A DNA stretch of 38,514 nt from Phoronis australis. Its lineage: Eukaryota > Animalia > Phoronida. Position 1 is the stretch's first letter. Every line of letters begins with the position of its first letter. Where the stretch lies: contig NMRA01000031.1 of NCBI GenBank assembly GCA_002633005.1, positions 1,194,801 to 1,233,314 on the forward strand, in the 5' to 3' direction. The position numbers and the translations under genes were made by a program. This document shows positions 23,223-36,049 of the stretch, piece by piece. The notes beneath the pieces were generated by a model. The model was not told the DNA's origin. It saw only the letters and a list, made by a program, of their open reading frames with translations, and made no database searches.

Positions 23223-23474
23223 TAGCCTATGTATTTTAATTTGTGAATTTAGATTAGGTAATTTGTGTAGGACAATTTCTAGGACGAAGTGTTGAAAGTC
23301 TGGTATAACATTAACGTTGATGGGAAATGTTAATGCAAATTCTCGGGTGGCCCATCTGAGATAGCTCTTCGCATCACTGAGAATTAAATTCGACGGAGAT
23401 AAATCTTGAAACGGAACTTGGGTAGAAACCATGAAACACAGCAAACCGTTCAGGGAGTTAGGTATTGAAAGAAG

Positions 23475-23511
23475 CGTATCAGTAACTGGTCGCCGACCAG
23501 TTACTGATACG
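23475..23511. repeat. Perfect 37-bp palindrome (18-bp arms, 1-nt spacer)
   Basis: cgtatcagtaactggtcg c cgaccagttactgatacg. Confidence 0.92.
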
Positions 23512-23672
23512 GTGGTCTCTGATGGTTTTGAGAATTGGGCTTTCTTTTAGTTCACTTTCAAAAACCAGATCAGCTAATAGCTGCTGAAGTGCGACAATGC
23601 CTAATTTTTACTCACCTCAAATCTCGTTTAGTGTCGCGGTATCGCGTACAGGCCCTTTATTTCCATTTCAAC

Positions 23673-24793
23673 TTTATTTACCAAATCGTAATTATGGGTG
23701 TGCGTGTGTGCGTGCGTTCGTGATCCCATATTTTTGTCACTGATCCGAACGTGGGGTTGTCCGCTCAATATCTACCCTCGCTGGATTTTTTAGGGATGAT
23801 TAGAACTGTTCATGCCACTTTTCAGTGTGCCCTTGGAGTCATGAGGCGTGGCCACTCGATATTTTTGAGGAAGGTCAGAGCGTTTCCGCAGGGTATCTGG
23901 AGAACCGATCAATGGATTTCAATGGAACTTGACACCGATGTAAATGAGGTCTAATGCACCGGTACCGTTTGATTTTTGGTCGGATTTGACCACTGCAGCG
24001 GCCTTTGAGGAAACGCGTTTCCGGATGATATCTAAAGAACCGACCGAAGGATTTCAATAAAACTTAACACTGGGGTATGTAGCATCACTGCGCCGACAGC
24101 TTTAAATGTCCGGTCAGATTGTACTCAACCTGCATTATGTTGGGTGAGGGACGAAACTAATTCGTCCACTGCGTCCTCGTGGCCATTTTGTTCTCGACAA
24201 TGGCTCTACAAGTCTTGTTTGGGTGAGGAACCATTCCGGATGATAACTAAAGAACCGATGAACGGATTTCACTAAAAGTTGATACACTGAGCTAGACTTT
24301 TGTGATTTGTATGCGCCGGCACAAGTCGATTTCTGTGGGGAATCGACAATTGCAGCTCCTCTTAGCTGAGAGAAGAGCGTGCCATGGTGATCGAAAGAAC
24401 CGATTAAAGGATTTCAATGAAACTTGATACGAAGGTATGTAATGTCAATGCGCCGGTAATTTTAAATGTTCGGACAGATTCCGCGACATGATTGCAGCAC
24501 CTCCTAGTGGCCATTTTGGTATCGACAAGGAGCTTTCCGAGTATTGTTTAAGGGAAGAACATTTCCACATGATAACTGGAGAACTGATAGATTTATTTCA
24601 ATGAAACTTGACAAGCACCAGTCGATTTTCGGGCGCAGCGCCTCTTACTGATCATTTTGATCTCTGAAAGTTTGTTTTCAGTCGTAATGTCACTTATTGT
24701 AAATCGCCTCCTGACACCCAGCAGACGGAGGACAACAAAAGATGTAGTGAATTTGGTATAACGTCCACTCGTTTTCTTAATGGACAAGTTGTT
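23673..24793 (+). mobile_element. Helentron-associated non-autonomous element (HINE/DINE-1-like)
   Basis: T-rich flanks, subterminal IR (tttaccaaat / atttggtata), GTGC-type microsatellite near the 5' end, five diverged ~140-215-bp tandem units (agaaccga..ggatttcaatgaaacttga), short 3' hairpin gtcca..tggac. Confidence 0.6.
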
Positions 24794-27499
24794 TATCTCA
24801 TGAAAGCCTTAAAAATCTTTTATTTACCGGAAACTTCAATTGTTTGAAGGTATTAAGATACCACCAATTTTTGCCAAGTGCCGCACAAGCGCACATACCA
24901 TGAGTGGTCAAATCCATGTTGTCGTATTTCATTAAACTTTTAAGCACCTGTAGACGCATTGCGATGCACTGTAGGCGAATTTGTTGCTGCAGCTAACGAA
25001 TGGATTGTTGTACCTTACCTTAACCCCTAGAAACATATCGTGTGCAATGAACCGTGGGCGCATGTCAACGTCCCAGCGCCTTTACTCTTGCTTATTTAGT
25101 TATAGCCTCTCCTTTTTAGGTCTACCTCTCTATCCGTCGTGATCACAACAATAGACCGAATTCCTGTCCTGATGATCACAATTGACATAGACTTTTGAAC
25201 GGCTCCAACTATTATTGTGCAGCACCATAATGACAAATTCATTTTGTCTGTACCTCAATATGCACCCACTAAATTTAGCAAATAAGTTACTGTCAAAGCG
25301 ACTACAGCGCTTGCCTTTTTTCAGACGGATTAAACTGTGCTGCGTCCCTTGTAGTGACCTTTTTATTTTATATATTACATGATACCTTGTTCTTGTTGAA
25401 TTCAGTTCTGGAAAAGAGAAAATATTTATACTTCGGTTCAGAAATTAACACAGTTATAGTGTCCTAAATTCCCCGTGTTGTTTAGAACTACAAAAACTTA
25501 TTTTGCTATTTAGCAAAGTTCTATGTATTTGTTCTTTTTATTCAGGTGTCCCCCAACTATTTTAGAACGACACCAACAACTACTACGACATCGTTCGTCT
25601 AATCTCGGTTCAAGATCAACAGTGCATGGAATTTTTAGTTGGTACTGTGGTGGACATGTGATGTGAAAGTTATTATTGTGACTACGGCAATACCTCACAA
25701 TGTGGCTGACTAGTGAAATTTTGTGTTTTCATTTTTGAATAAAAGATACGATACCTAAAAGATAACTGAAAATTAGCACCAAATAAATGCGATACCATTT
25801 TAAAGGTGTATACCATAGCTACCGTCAGACAAATAATGTTTCTGAGAAGTTGTGGAGATTCAAAACAATATTAGGTGCATTTGAAAATTCAAAAAAGACC
25901 AGTTTGGCAACTATTTTTTTCGAAATAGGTGAGATTTTACCGTACACTCCAGCTGATTAGCAAGCGCTTTTTACTCAAGGACTGACGCGTGAAGTGATCC
26001 AAACATGACTTGTAAACCAATTCATGAACTTTATTCTGCACTAAATACCCTTTGTTATGACCCATTCAGGTAACCCAGGCTAATCTATTCAAGTCGTTAA
26101 TAAAGAAACACAACAAACAAATACCGACTTTTCAATTAAATGAAAGGTTGTGTAGTGTGTTGAACTATTCCATTAGTTTATTGTTATTAGCCGAGGTCAC
26201 GTGCTCTACATCGCTGGAGCAACTGGTGCGATAAAGATCTGTCTAGCTGCAACAACAAGCGTTCCACAGTCCCCGAAACTCTCGGACACTGAGATGGTCT
26301 AATCTACTGTTGTCGGATATCATGCCATTTCCCGCTTTAAGGTGAGTTAATCCCTCGTTTTACCAAGCTTCTCTCAACCTCTGTCTCAGATAAAATTCTC
26401 CAAGCCTGTACGGGATACTGCTGTGAAAACTGAGGTGCTCGTCAACAGGAGGTTGGACTGATGAGTAGTAGGGATTACCTGTCTTGGCTTTGTAGTTACC
26501 TAGGGACTGATGGACTAGCGTCAAGCTTTCCACCCAGGCAGGAGATGTCGAGGGACTAATCTGTTCACCGCTACAAGGGTCACTGTCTGCAACAGGTCTT
26601 ATGAGCTTAACCAGTGAAGGATATACTAATTGTTTACTCAAAGACTGACTCTGGACTGTAAAGAATATCACCGAACCTCCATGCAGTTGGAAGATTATGT
26701 ACTTTCCTCGGGGGGTTTTCCTGAGAAGCGCCAATTGCTTCGTCATAAACCCCACCTGTGGCTCTCAAAAATTCAACAGCCGGAACCTAACGGACGTTGT
26801 ACAAACTGATGACCATCCAAGTAAGATGCGGACAGACATCATGGTCGAGAAGGGTTTTCCAGAACCACTGAGGTAGACACTGTGGACACGAGGGAGCCAT
26901 ACTCATTTCAAAGGTTATTCAGTTTGCGCGTGACCTTGCATGGGTAACTTGAACATTGTCAACAAACGTATTTTTCAGAGCTGCGCAAGTGCAGCCCGCG
27001 AGTCCCGATAAAGCTGCGGACGTGAGTGCCTTAATGAACACGCACAGCAGGGATGGAGTTCAATAACGCTAGTACCTTGCGAGGAAATCTCGATCTCGCG
27101 AAATTCTGAGGTATTATGCCGCCTTGTATTTTCAATGAAAGCACGCGGTTTTGGCAAGATTTTTCTCGTCCCGAGACAGTTATTGAACTCTACCAAGGTC
27201 CTTGCGCCAGACTCTATTGGCCACTTAATTTACATCCGTTCTGCTTGGGAAGACATTTCGCTTGCGCAGTCAAATTCAGCAACCGATATTTCGAAGACGA
27301 AGAAAATGTAACAAACTTCAAAACAATTATGCTTGTACTGAAGACCGTAATCATCTATCTAAATAAAAGCATAACGTGAAAAATAAGGGAATATACCGTG
27401 AGGTACTCGAAGACGAAAAATAGAAAATGATGGGTGAGAAAAATTGGTTATATTTTAAGAATTGATTGAATGTAGATTTGATGAGGGTATTGATCAGAA

Positions 27500-28597
27500 T
27501 TTGGAAAAGTCAAAAACTGATACGTGATTATTGCAAAATCAGAAATCACGGATAAGAAGCAAGGTCCAGTTAATTTAAGACGGGGAAAATGTTCTTTTTT
27601 GCTTAAAGAGGGGAGAAATTAAAAAAAAATATCTTTAAGAATAACGATGGTCAGTTGATATAATATCATGCTTGAGGTCAGAAATAAGTATTTATTGCTC
27701 CACCGTTTCCACAAATGATAAAATGGAGCCTCCAACAGTACAAATTATTCATACTAGATTAGTATTACGAAGGAAACTCTCCCCCATGATTTTGAGCAAC
27801 TGGATGACTCCTTAACGGAGGGTGATTTTTTTAAGTTTTAGAAATTAAACCAATAAGTCTCCAGGAAATGACGCGTGATAGCTTATGAGCTATATTAATG
27901 CTTCTGGTATGAAGTCAATAAACCTTTACTTAAAGCATTTGAATAAGTATATTTTTACTAGGGGAACTATCTACGTCACAAAGACAGGGAGCCTTACGAG
28001 TTCTGATACAACCTCCATCATGACTAATCTCTGGTTGTACACTGCATACAGTTGTTCTTAAAGCCCATCTAAATAATATGGAAAACTGACTTGCCGAAAT
28101 CAAACAGCTGTTAAAGGGCGAATATAGGTTATAATGTACAAATCATCCAGGATACTATTTCATATACAAGTATTACTCATGGTCAGATTCATATTCTATT
28201 TTAGACTTGTACTAAACGTATGATACGATAAAATGGTACTTTATTTTTCAAACACATTACACATAATGCTTTCAATTTTGGACAGGTTTTTACAAGTTGG
28301 GTGCAAATAATTTGAGCAGAGTGTTGTTAATAAAAGATTCACTAAAGATTATTTTCCGACAGAAAACGACGTGAGACATGGTGATTCCTTGTCGGGTCCA
28401 GTATTTTGCCTAACGTTTTAAGTTATGGCCAATTACATACGAAATAGCAATTTAGTTAAAGACATACATGTTGAGATACTAAAAGTAAAAATTCTCCAGT
28501 GTGCAGATGAAAACACTTTATCTACAAAATAAAAATTCGGGTATTAATTGTCTAAAATTATGAAAATATGTTGGGTTAGTATTTGTTCTACTGCTAA
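27500..28597 (+). mobile_element. Decayed L1/Tx1-clade LINE ORF2 (reverse transcriptase), part upstream of the Academ insertion
   Basis: Broken-frame motifs RIRSKVQ, KSPGND, GELSTSQRQG, FNFGQVFTSWVQI, VRHGDSLSGPVF (=VRQGDPLSP.LF), KILQCADENT (=QYADDTT). Confidence 0.85.
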
Positions 28598-29739
28598 TAG
28601 TCCAGTCATTCTAGGGCTCCAGAGGGCCCAACCTAGAAAAAATTGCAACAGAAGGTTTTTTTGCATAAATGGCATCTTCAAACATCCCTTGGTGTCAGAA
28701 AAAAAATCTACCGAAATCGGAGTGGCGGAAGTCGGTTTTTCAAGATGGCGGAAAAATGGCCGACAAAACCGGTGATTACTGTTTTCTGGCATATTACTCT
28801 TATGAAACAGCTAAAAATAAAACAATAAAGTTTGTCATTGATTATATACTTTTCATAACAGGCATACCAATCAAAAGATGCCAATTTTCCGTAACATAAA
28901 ACCAATATGGCCGACAAAATGGCGGCCGAAAGGGCAATTTGGTACATGTTGCAAGATTTCTTTTCATATTTTGCCCTGAAAATGGCAAAAGTTTTATTCT
29001 TTTGTAAGTTAGACAATTTAAAATATCTGTACCTTACAATTGGTCACTGGTTTGCGAGAAAAAAATCAAGATGGCTGGCAAAATGGCCGCCAAAATGGCT
29101 GCCAATTCACAAACCCCAATTTACCGCATTTACTTTCTGCAAACTTTGTTTGTAACCTGATACGCATTTGCACAAAAACAACTTACAATCTACAGTCAGG
29201 GTTAATGAGTTGACTGTTTCTATAATTTCTTTTTAAGATTTATATACTAAATGTGGAATTTTAATCACAATTTAGATTATATAACATAAAAATTGGTGTG
29301 TTTTTCAGAAAAGGCTTTAGTTAAATTTTTATTATAAATTTCACAAACTCTATTATTTTTCTGTAAAATATATTCATTTGAGGTATCAAAAATAATATTT
29401 GTTAGAAAAACATGTTAATCTGGTGGAGTTATTAGCTTATTCATTATACAAACCCTTAATAAAATTGGGCTTGAAGTGGCTTCTTTCTCTGCTATTGGAG
29501 ATATTATTAGTTGTTCCCAAGCATCGATTTCGTCTGCTGCTGGCATGTATTGAGAATTAGCTGCTGATTTCACCTGAATTTGATGAAAAGCAAATAGGAT
29601 TGTGTAACAAAAAGTTATTAATTACATTTTAATAGTTAGGACCCACAATTTGGTTAATATGCATGATTTTTATAAATAAATTCAACTGATTTTAGAGGAA
29701 ATTAGTGCCTGCAAACAAAACGATAGTGATCTGCTGTCA

Positions 29740-32487
29740 CTTGTTCTTAGCCAGGCTTGGAAGATTTCATACTGAGATAAGCTTTCTGAGATGTATTGGA
29801 TACATAATTTCAGGCACAGTGCTTCAAGAAGTTCTTGAGACGGTGCATGCATCAAACAGTGTGATCCTTATGTTAAATGGAAGAAGTGTGGATAGAGCAG
29901 TGAGGGGGCATATGTTGGTAGACTCAGCACTGAATGCTATCATAAAAGCCAGAACATTCAACATCCCACTTCCAAATATTGACAGATCAAGTAACGCCAA
30001 TCCAAAACCAATGAAGAAATAAATTCAGGTTCTTCAGAAATTCCAGGAGTCCGGAATGTCACCAATACAGAACACACAGATTATATGCCAAGAGGTGGAG
30101 CAGTTCAATGCTTGTACACAAATTTTGGCTCGTCAGAATTTGGAGACAGATTCTTCAGACATCTCAGACATCCCAACTGATCACATAACTAGATGTATAC
30201 TATGGAGCATGCCATGTCCAGCCAGTGTCTTCTGATTCTGAACCTTGGATTACAGTGGAATGCCCTCACGAGAGTTCACTTCTGGTTTCCGACCTAGTGC
30301 CATTGGTATATTCAAAAATGATTGAATCAGAGGATAGGTCTTCAGAATCCACAGTGACAGAGAATAGTTCGTCAGAAGAATCAATGGCCAATGATATTCT
30401 TCATGATGATGTGAGAGCTGGTCTGAAGAGGTATGATGATCTTATTGCTGGCATGACGTCTGTGTGCGACGATGTATGCTCGTCGGAGTGTCTTGCGGGT
30501 ATCCATAAAAAATCAAAGCACATAAATCAGACTTGTCCATGCAAAGTCCAATCATTAGTCTTTGACTACAGTATATGAAGGTGATTGACATCCTTCGACT
30601 TTTTTAAAAGCAGAAATAACGTCAGATTGGGAGCTTCACCTAAAAGTAGTTTTTGAAATGCTGCCTTACTGTGCCGCTGCTGGTCACAACTCTTATGCAA
30701 AATCTTCATACATATACTTGACTGAAGCAGACGTAGCAACTCAAAGACACCCGTCCAGACGTCTACGGCCATCAAACCATAAGACAAAGTGACAGATTCT
30801 GGGCAGGCTTGTCATAATGAGATAAGACCTTGTAATTGAACAAATACTCATGAAAAGCATTAAAACAACAGGAGGTTTAACTTGAAGTTTCGAAATGGGA
30901 GATACACAGAGTGCACTGTGGCTGCTTTCCTTGCCGGCATGCTCAAGTATAAATGGTGCCATGCAGACTATGACAAACTTGAGTTGTGAAACAAGTCAGC
31001 AGCATAAAGAATGTACCCAGGCAAGACAGTCGCGTGACGACAAAGACATCTGCAGCATTGTTGAATTCATGCTGCTAACAGTAATTTTACACAAGTGGAT
31101 CCACGACTGCTATTTCAGCGAATCCTGACAGCTGCAAAAGACAACAGTAAAAGTTCATCAAGCCTTTTGAAGTTTGAGCTGTGTGTTGGTTCCCCTGTTC
31201 TTTTTGATACATTTGGTCTTCCCCGAGTCGCTAATAAATTAATATGAGCTGATGCACTCTGGTCCAGTGGAGGACTACCTGAGGATTTCAATTTCCAGAA
31301 AACACTGTGATGCATGTAATCGACGGCGGTTCTCTCCTTCACCGTATTCCATGGCCTAGAGGTGCAACATATCAGTCATTTGGTAGAGGTTATGTGGATT
31401 ACATCAGCAAGTGCACCCAGCCTATTGTTGTTTTTGATGGTTACTAAGATGGACCATCAACTAAAGATGTCTTTCATGTTCGAAGACTGGGTGGGGTGGT
31501 TGGAACTGAAGTTCACTTCAATGGTGACATGGTGATCAAGTAAAAAAGGAACATTTTTTGCAAAAAGCAAAAACAAATGATTCAATCGCTTCTTGTGGAG
31601 TTTGCTAGGAAATGCTGGTTGCACAGTGGTACAAGCTCAAGGTGACACAGATGTTTTAATTGTAGAAACAGCAGTAGAGAACGCAGCACAAGGTCCAACT
31701 ACCCTTATTGCAGACGATACAGACTTGTTGGTTCTTTTGCGTTACCATGCTACTTCACAACAAATTTCATTTTCATGAAATTACAAATTTCATTTTCATG
31801 AAATTACAAATTTCATTTTCATGAAATTTGACAAGAGACGCCAAAGGAAGAGGAGAGTCTGGGACATCAAGGAACTACAGTTGTCTCTTGGTGCCGAAAC
31901 TTGCGCAGTTTTGCCATTTGCGCATGCAATAGGTGGTTGCAACACAACATTACAGCTGTTCGGTATTAGCAAAGGCTCTCCCATTCAAGAAACTGCGTGA
32001 TCGAGAATTCTGCAAAAACTCTAAGAGTATTCACTAGACACATGCAGCTGAATCAAGACATTTGAAGCTGGCAAGAGTTGTATCTGTGCTTCATGGCGGT
32101 ACTGGCTCTGGAAATTTGGATGATTTGCGATACAGGCAATTTGTGGATGAGGTGTCGGACTAGCCACAGCCCAAATACAGTCATTATCACCACCTTTCTT
32201 CAGTAGCTAAATTCCATGCTGCCGGGACATATTATCAAGAGCAAGAGCGGTCAAGTTTCCGTGGCAGTGGCCTAGACTCGCTGTATTGGGGATGGATGCT
32301 GGCAGGTGGAAAATTCATTCCCACGACGACGGACCATTCAGCAGCACCAGAGAACCTGCTGAAAGTAGTGAGTTGCTCGTGTAAGACCAACTGCAGTTCC
32401 AAGAGATGTAATTGCAAAAAGTTAGGATAGGTGTACTCGGTTGCATGTGGAGAATGCCGTGGTTTTAGCTGCAGCAATTCATTCTGA
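29740..32487 (+). pseudogene. Academ transposase pseudogene (transposase core, XPG-like nuclease, C-terminal CXC domain)
   Basis: RLGRFHTEISFL..IG...NSVILMLNGRSVDRAVRGHMLVDSAL; HVIDGGSLLHRIPWPRGATY; IVVFDGY*DGPSTKD; GDTDVLIV; ADDTDLLVLL; FAHAIGGCNTT; CSCKTNCSSKRCNCKK..ACGECRGFSCSN; many stops and frameshifts. Confidence 0.85.
31760..31828. repeat. 23-bp tandem repeat x3 disrupting the transposase frame
   Basis: acaaatttcattttcatgaaatt x3. Confidence 0.9.
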
Positions 32488-32834
32488 GTTGACAGAGATT
32501 AGTTGTGTAAATACTGGTTGATTTTGTATAGATTCACTAGCATTTACAACTAACTGGAAATGACACAGACAGTGTGGATAGTAGATCACTGAATTAATTG
32601 CAGAGAGTTATTTTCAATACAGCACATTTTTTCAGGAGCAGAATGATCCTTCAGTTCAGGCAAACCTGATGTTTTTGACCCAAATAAGTTATTCGTTAAA
32701 CCATTTTGAAAATGGCAGTCGTAATCATCAAGAGCCAGACAAAAAATATTGTAATGGATGTGCTGACTTAAAAAACTCAGGATATGACGTGTCTCTGGAA
32801 TCGGAAGTTCTTACACGAAGCAACTATTTGGTGG

Positions 32835-33422
32835 CCAAACGCAATGAGTCTAAATGGATTAGTCGACCCATGAAGCAAGACAATACACTAATCTGTTTGT
32901 GCGAAGTTGTGCGATTCGAAATAGTTTTGAAGGCCATCTTGGAAAATGGCTGATGGTGTCACCACGGCCATGCAAAACTTTTCCAATGGATTTGTTGACC
33001 CCAAAAATATAGGTAAAAATTTTTGAATTTTTACTCTATCACATTCTACTCTCGAGTTATAATGATCATCTGCAAATCTGGCGGCCATTTTGTCCGCCAT
33101 CTTGGAAATGGTGGAAGTAATCGTTAGTGCCAAATGCAATGAGTCTCAATGGATTAGTCGACCCAGAAAACCTATGATGCGATGTTTGAAGCAAGACGAC
33201 ACACTAATCTGTTCGTGTGAAGTTGTGCGACTCAAGTAGATTTGGCGGCCATCTTGGAAAATGGCGGACGGTGTCACCATAGCCATGTAAAACCATTTCC
33301 AATGGATATTTTGACCCACAAAACATAAGTAAACCTTTTTAAATTTTTACTCTATCACATTCCACTCTTGAGTTATAGTGCGTATCAGAAAATCTGGCGG
33401 CCATTTTGTCCGCCATCTTGAA
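32835..33422. repeat. ~300-bp tandem duplication in the Academ right subterminal region
   Basis: caaa(c/t)gcaatgagtct..ggattagtcgaccca ... ggcggccattttgtccgccatcttg present twice. Confidence 0.8.
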
Positions 33423-33555
33423 AAACCAACTTCCGCCACTCCGATTCCGGTAGACTTTTTTTTTCCCAATAAGGGGTGTGAAAGGATACGATTTATGCAA
33501 TAAAACCTTCTGTTGCAATTTTTTCCGGGTTATCCGTAGAATGACTGGACTATAA

Positions 33556-34050
33556 ATAGACTTAGTGTAAAAGGTCATACCCAGGTCGATAGAAAGAGTA
33601 TGCTGGCTTATTTTACGGCTTCAAGTGAACTGTCAAACCAATCAAGAGCTTGAGGTTATTTTTCAATCACAATCAATGAAAAACGATTTCTTATATTTTG
33701 AACTTAAAAGTAAATCGATTAAAAATCTCCCATTGTCAGGAACAGCTGCAATATTTCATTACCAGGCAGAATTAGTGTAGTCAAAACTTTTACGCTTTCC
33801 AAGACAGTCTGTGAAATGAGTAATGCAGGGATGATTATTATAAACAATATTTGGCAAGATAACACCGCCATTAAAAATGTGGCTGTAAATTCCAATGAAA
33901 ATTGCAGTTGTTGGTGTAAATATTATGCACAAGTCATTACTGGTGAAGTGGGTTACCCGTTGCTTGGATGGAAACAATCATGTTTAAGTGTTTACAAACT
34001 AAAGTTTTCAAAACATATTGGAGGTTATTCTGGTCTTTAAATCAAGTTAT
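33556..34050 (+). mobile_element. Continuation of decayed L1/Tx1 ORF2 after the Academ insertion
   Basis: NISLPGRISVVKTFTLSK (=LSL.GRI.VVKT..LSK) and IINNIWQD, in the expected order after the YADD-like motif. Confidence 0.75.
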
Positions 34051-36049
34051 GGTTTAAGTTGTCATCTCTTCCAAATCGTAATATCTTCTACCATGACATC
34101 TCGATTGCTTAGGAAGAAAATATAATAAACTACTCCATATTGGCCAAGGAAGGAAAACACCCTTCTCCGAAGGCTGTCGCTAGCGAAGTGCCCGACACAT
34201 ACAGACACGCCCGCATGGCCTTCGTAACAAAGGCTATACAGCGCACTGACACGCAACAAAGACATTAGCATAACAATAAATGAAGAATTGCAACTAAATA
34301 AGCATAACAATAAATGGCGTACAGTTACTATAACGTTCTGTCACACGAAAAGTAAAGCAAAATCAGTTCAGAAAATAATAGAGTAGGCCTAACTGCATTA
34401 CCAGCAATATTGAAACCGTGAATTGCGCATGCGCGAAAATCACTCAGTTAGCCCCCTTCAGAATACATGGGATTCGCAGAAAACAAAGCGTGAGGGTCTT
34501 ATTTATGAATCAATCACATTTGCCGATAGCACATAACATAGATAAGTATTTTGTTAAAAACGTGGCCAAGTTTCAGCAAAATTGGAAAAAATTTTATGTT
34601 TAACATGGTATGGCCAAAGTTTTGGCTTATTTTGTCGCTTCGATCAGTGGAATCGCCGCTAAAAACCCGAAAGTGCATGTGAGAAAACGATAATTTTGGA
34701 CCAAGCCTTTCATGTGCGGTTAGTTGCCGATAGACCCAACAGATGTCAGTATAATCAAGATTGAAATGTAGGATTTTGAAGAAAATTAGACAAAATTTTG
34801 TATTTAACATGGGGTCGCCGAAAATTGCCAATTTTGGCCTTTTGATATCAGTTTATCGTCATAGACTAGCATTAGTGGGTCTAGTTAATTCGAAGTTTTT
34901 GGTTAAATCACTGATAATATTCACACCAGTATACTAATAAACGTTTTCTCTATATATAACAATTTGATTCCAATGCTTAAGTAGTGCGTACAACAGGGAT
35001 TAGCCCTTGACCGGCCCGGCCCATAGTGCGGGAGCTAAGAATTCAGCTCTAGGCCAAAGTAGCTATGTGCGGAAAACTCAGCCACCTGAGGTGTTTACGA
35101 TCCACTTCAGAGAAAAAAAAATCGTTGTACCTAACAATAATTTGTTTCCGAGTACTTCGGGCATGGTTTAAAATTGAAAGGGGTCATTACAAGTTGAATT
35201 TATGAGAATTGTATTGTTGCATTGCGAACTGAAAACTAGTCGATTGACGGGTAGTGCGAGACAAGGCAACGAGTAAGGACAGCTTTGATTTGCTTACGAG
35301 TAGTGACTCATGATTGGCCAGACATCTGTACTAATATGTTTTGTCTTTCCTTTTCAACGGAATATATTTGAACTTTGGTAATTTTGGGCTACAAAATGTA
35401 GAACAACCTTTCTGGTGCTTCTCTCCAGTTGACACTGAGACACGCGGAGAGTGAAGCGCTAACTGGTCCATAAGCGATGACCTAGTTTTCGCAGAGAACC
35501 TGGCGGATGACCTAGTTTACGAATTGCTGGTAATGGAGAATAATATCAAATCTGTTACTTCCTGACAAAATTTGTACATGTTTCCAGGCAGTTATATGCT
35601 AACAAGTACATGACTATTTGATAAGTCATTACTCATGAAACACAGTCTGATCCCTGATCTGGGAGGTATTGAAAGAAAGATATTGGATTAATTATACTAC
35701 CTCGAGACGTGAGCCTTCCAGGTCAAGTTGGGTGGCTACCGTGTTGCTTGCCGACGGTTTAAAATTGCATTTATGAATATTTTCTCGTCAAAAACAACAG
35801 GAAAAAACGAATTAATCATATATCTAGAAAGATCGGTCTCAAAACATTCCTTAACACGACATAACTTGATTTTTGTATTCAATAAGAGAACACCCAAACC
35901 ATCAGCTACTCAAGAAAAAAAAACCAGGCTGTGCGAAAATGGCTCATGAATGTATTGCCTGAGATTTGAGTTGCCGGCTCATCCGTCAACAATTTGGGAT
36001 CAGAAATGTGTGCATGGCAATATTCAAATATGATTCCAAAGCGTTCCAG

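Larger units (their letters stand above)
28598..33552 (+). mobile_element. Academ-superfamily DNA transposon (XPG/PIN-nuclease type), decayed and internally deleted, 4955 bp
   Basis: TAGTCCAGTCATTCTA ... TAGAATGACTGGACTA termini extending into ~170-bp imperfect IRs; 3-bp TSD TAA; internal transposase remnants. Confidence 0.85.

Noticed and set aside
26190-26346. GTCACGTG E-box followed by an aag|gtgagt donor-like site as a first exon
   Set aside because: No downstream exon identifiable; short motifs are expected by chance
26360-26755. 131-aa minus-strand ORF, possibly a DIRS or LINE ORF1 remnant
   Set aside because: No motif I can recognise with confidence
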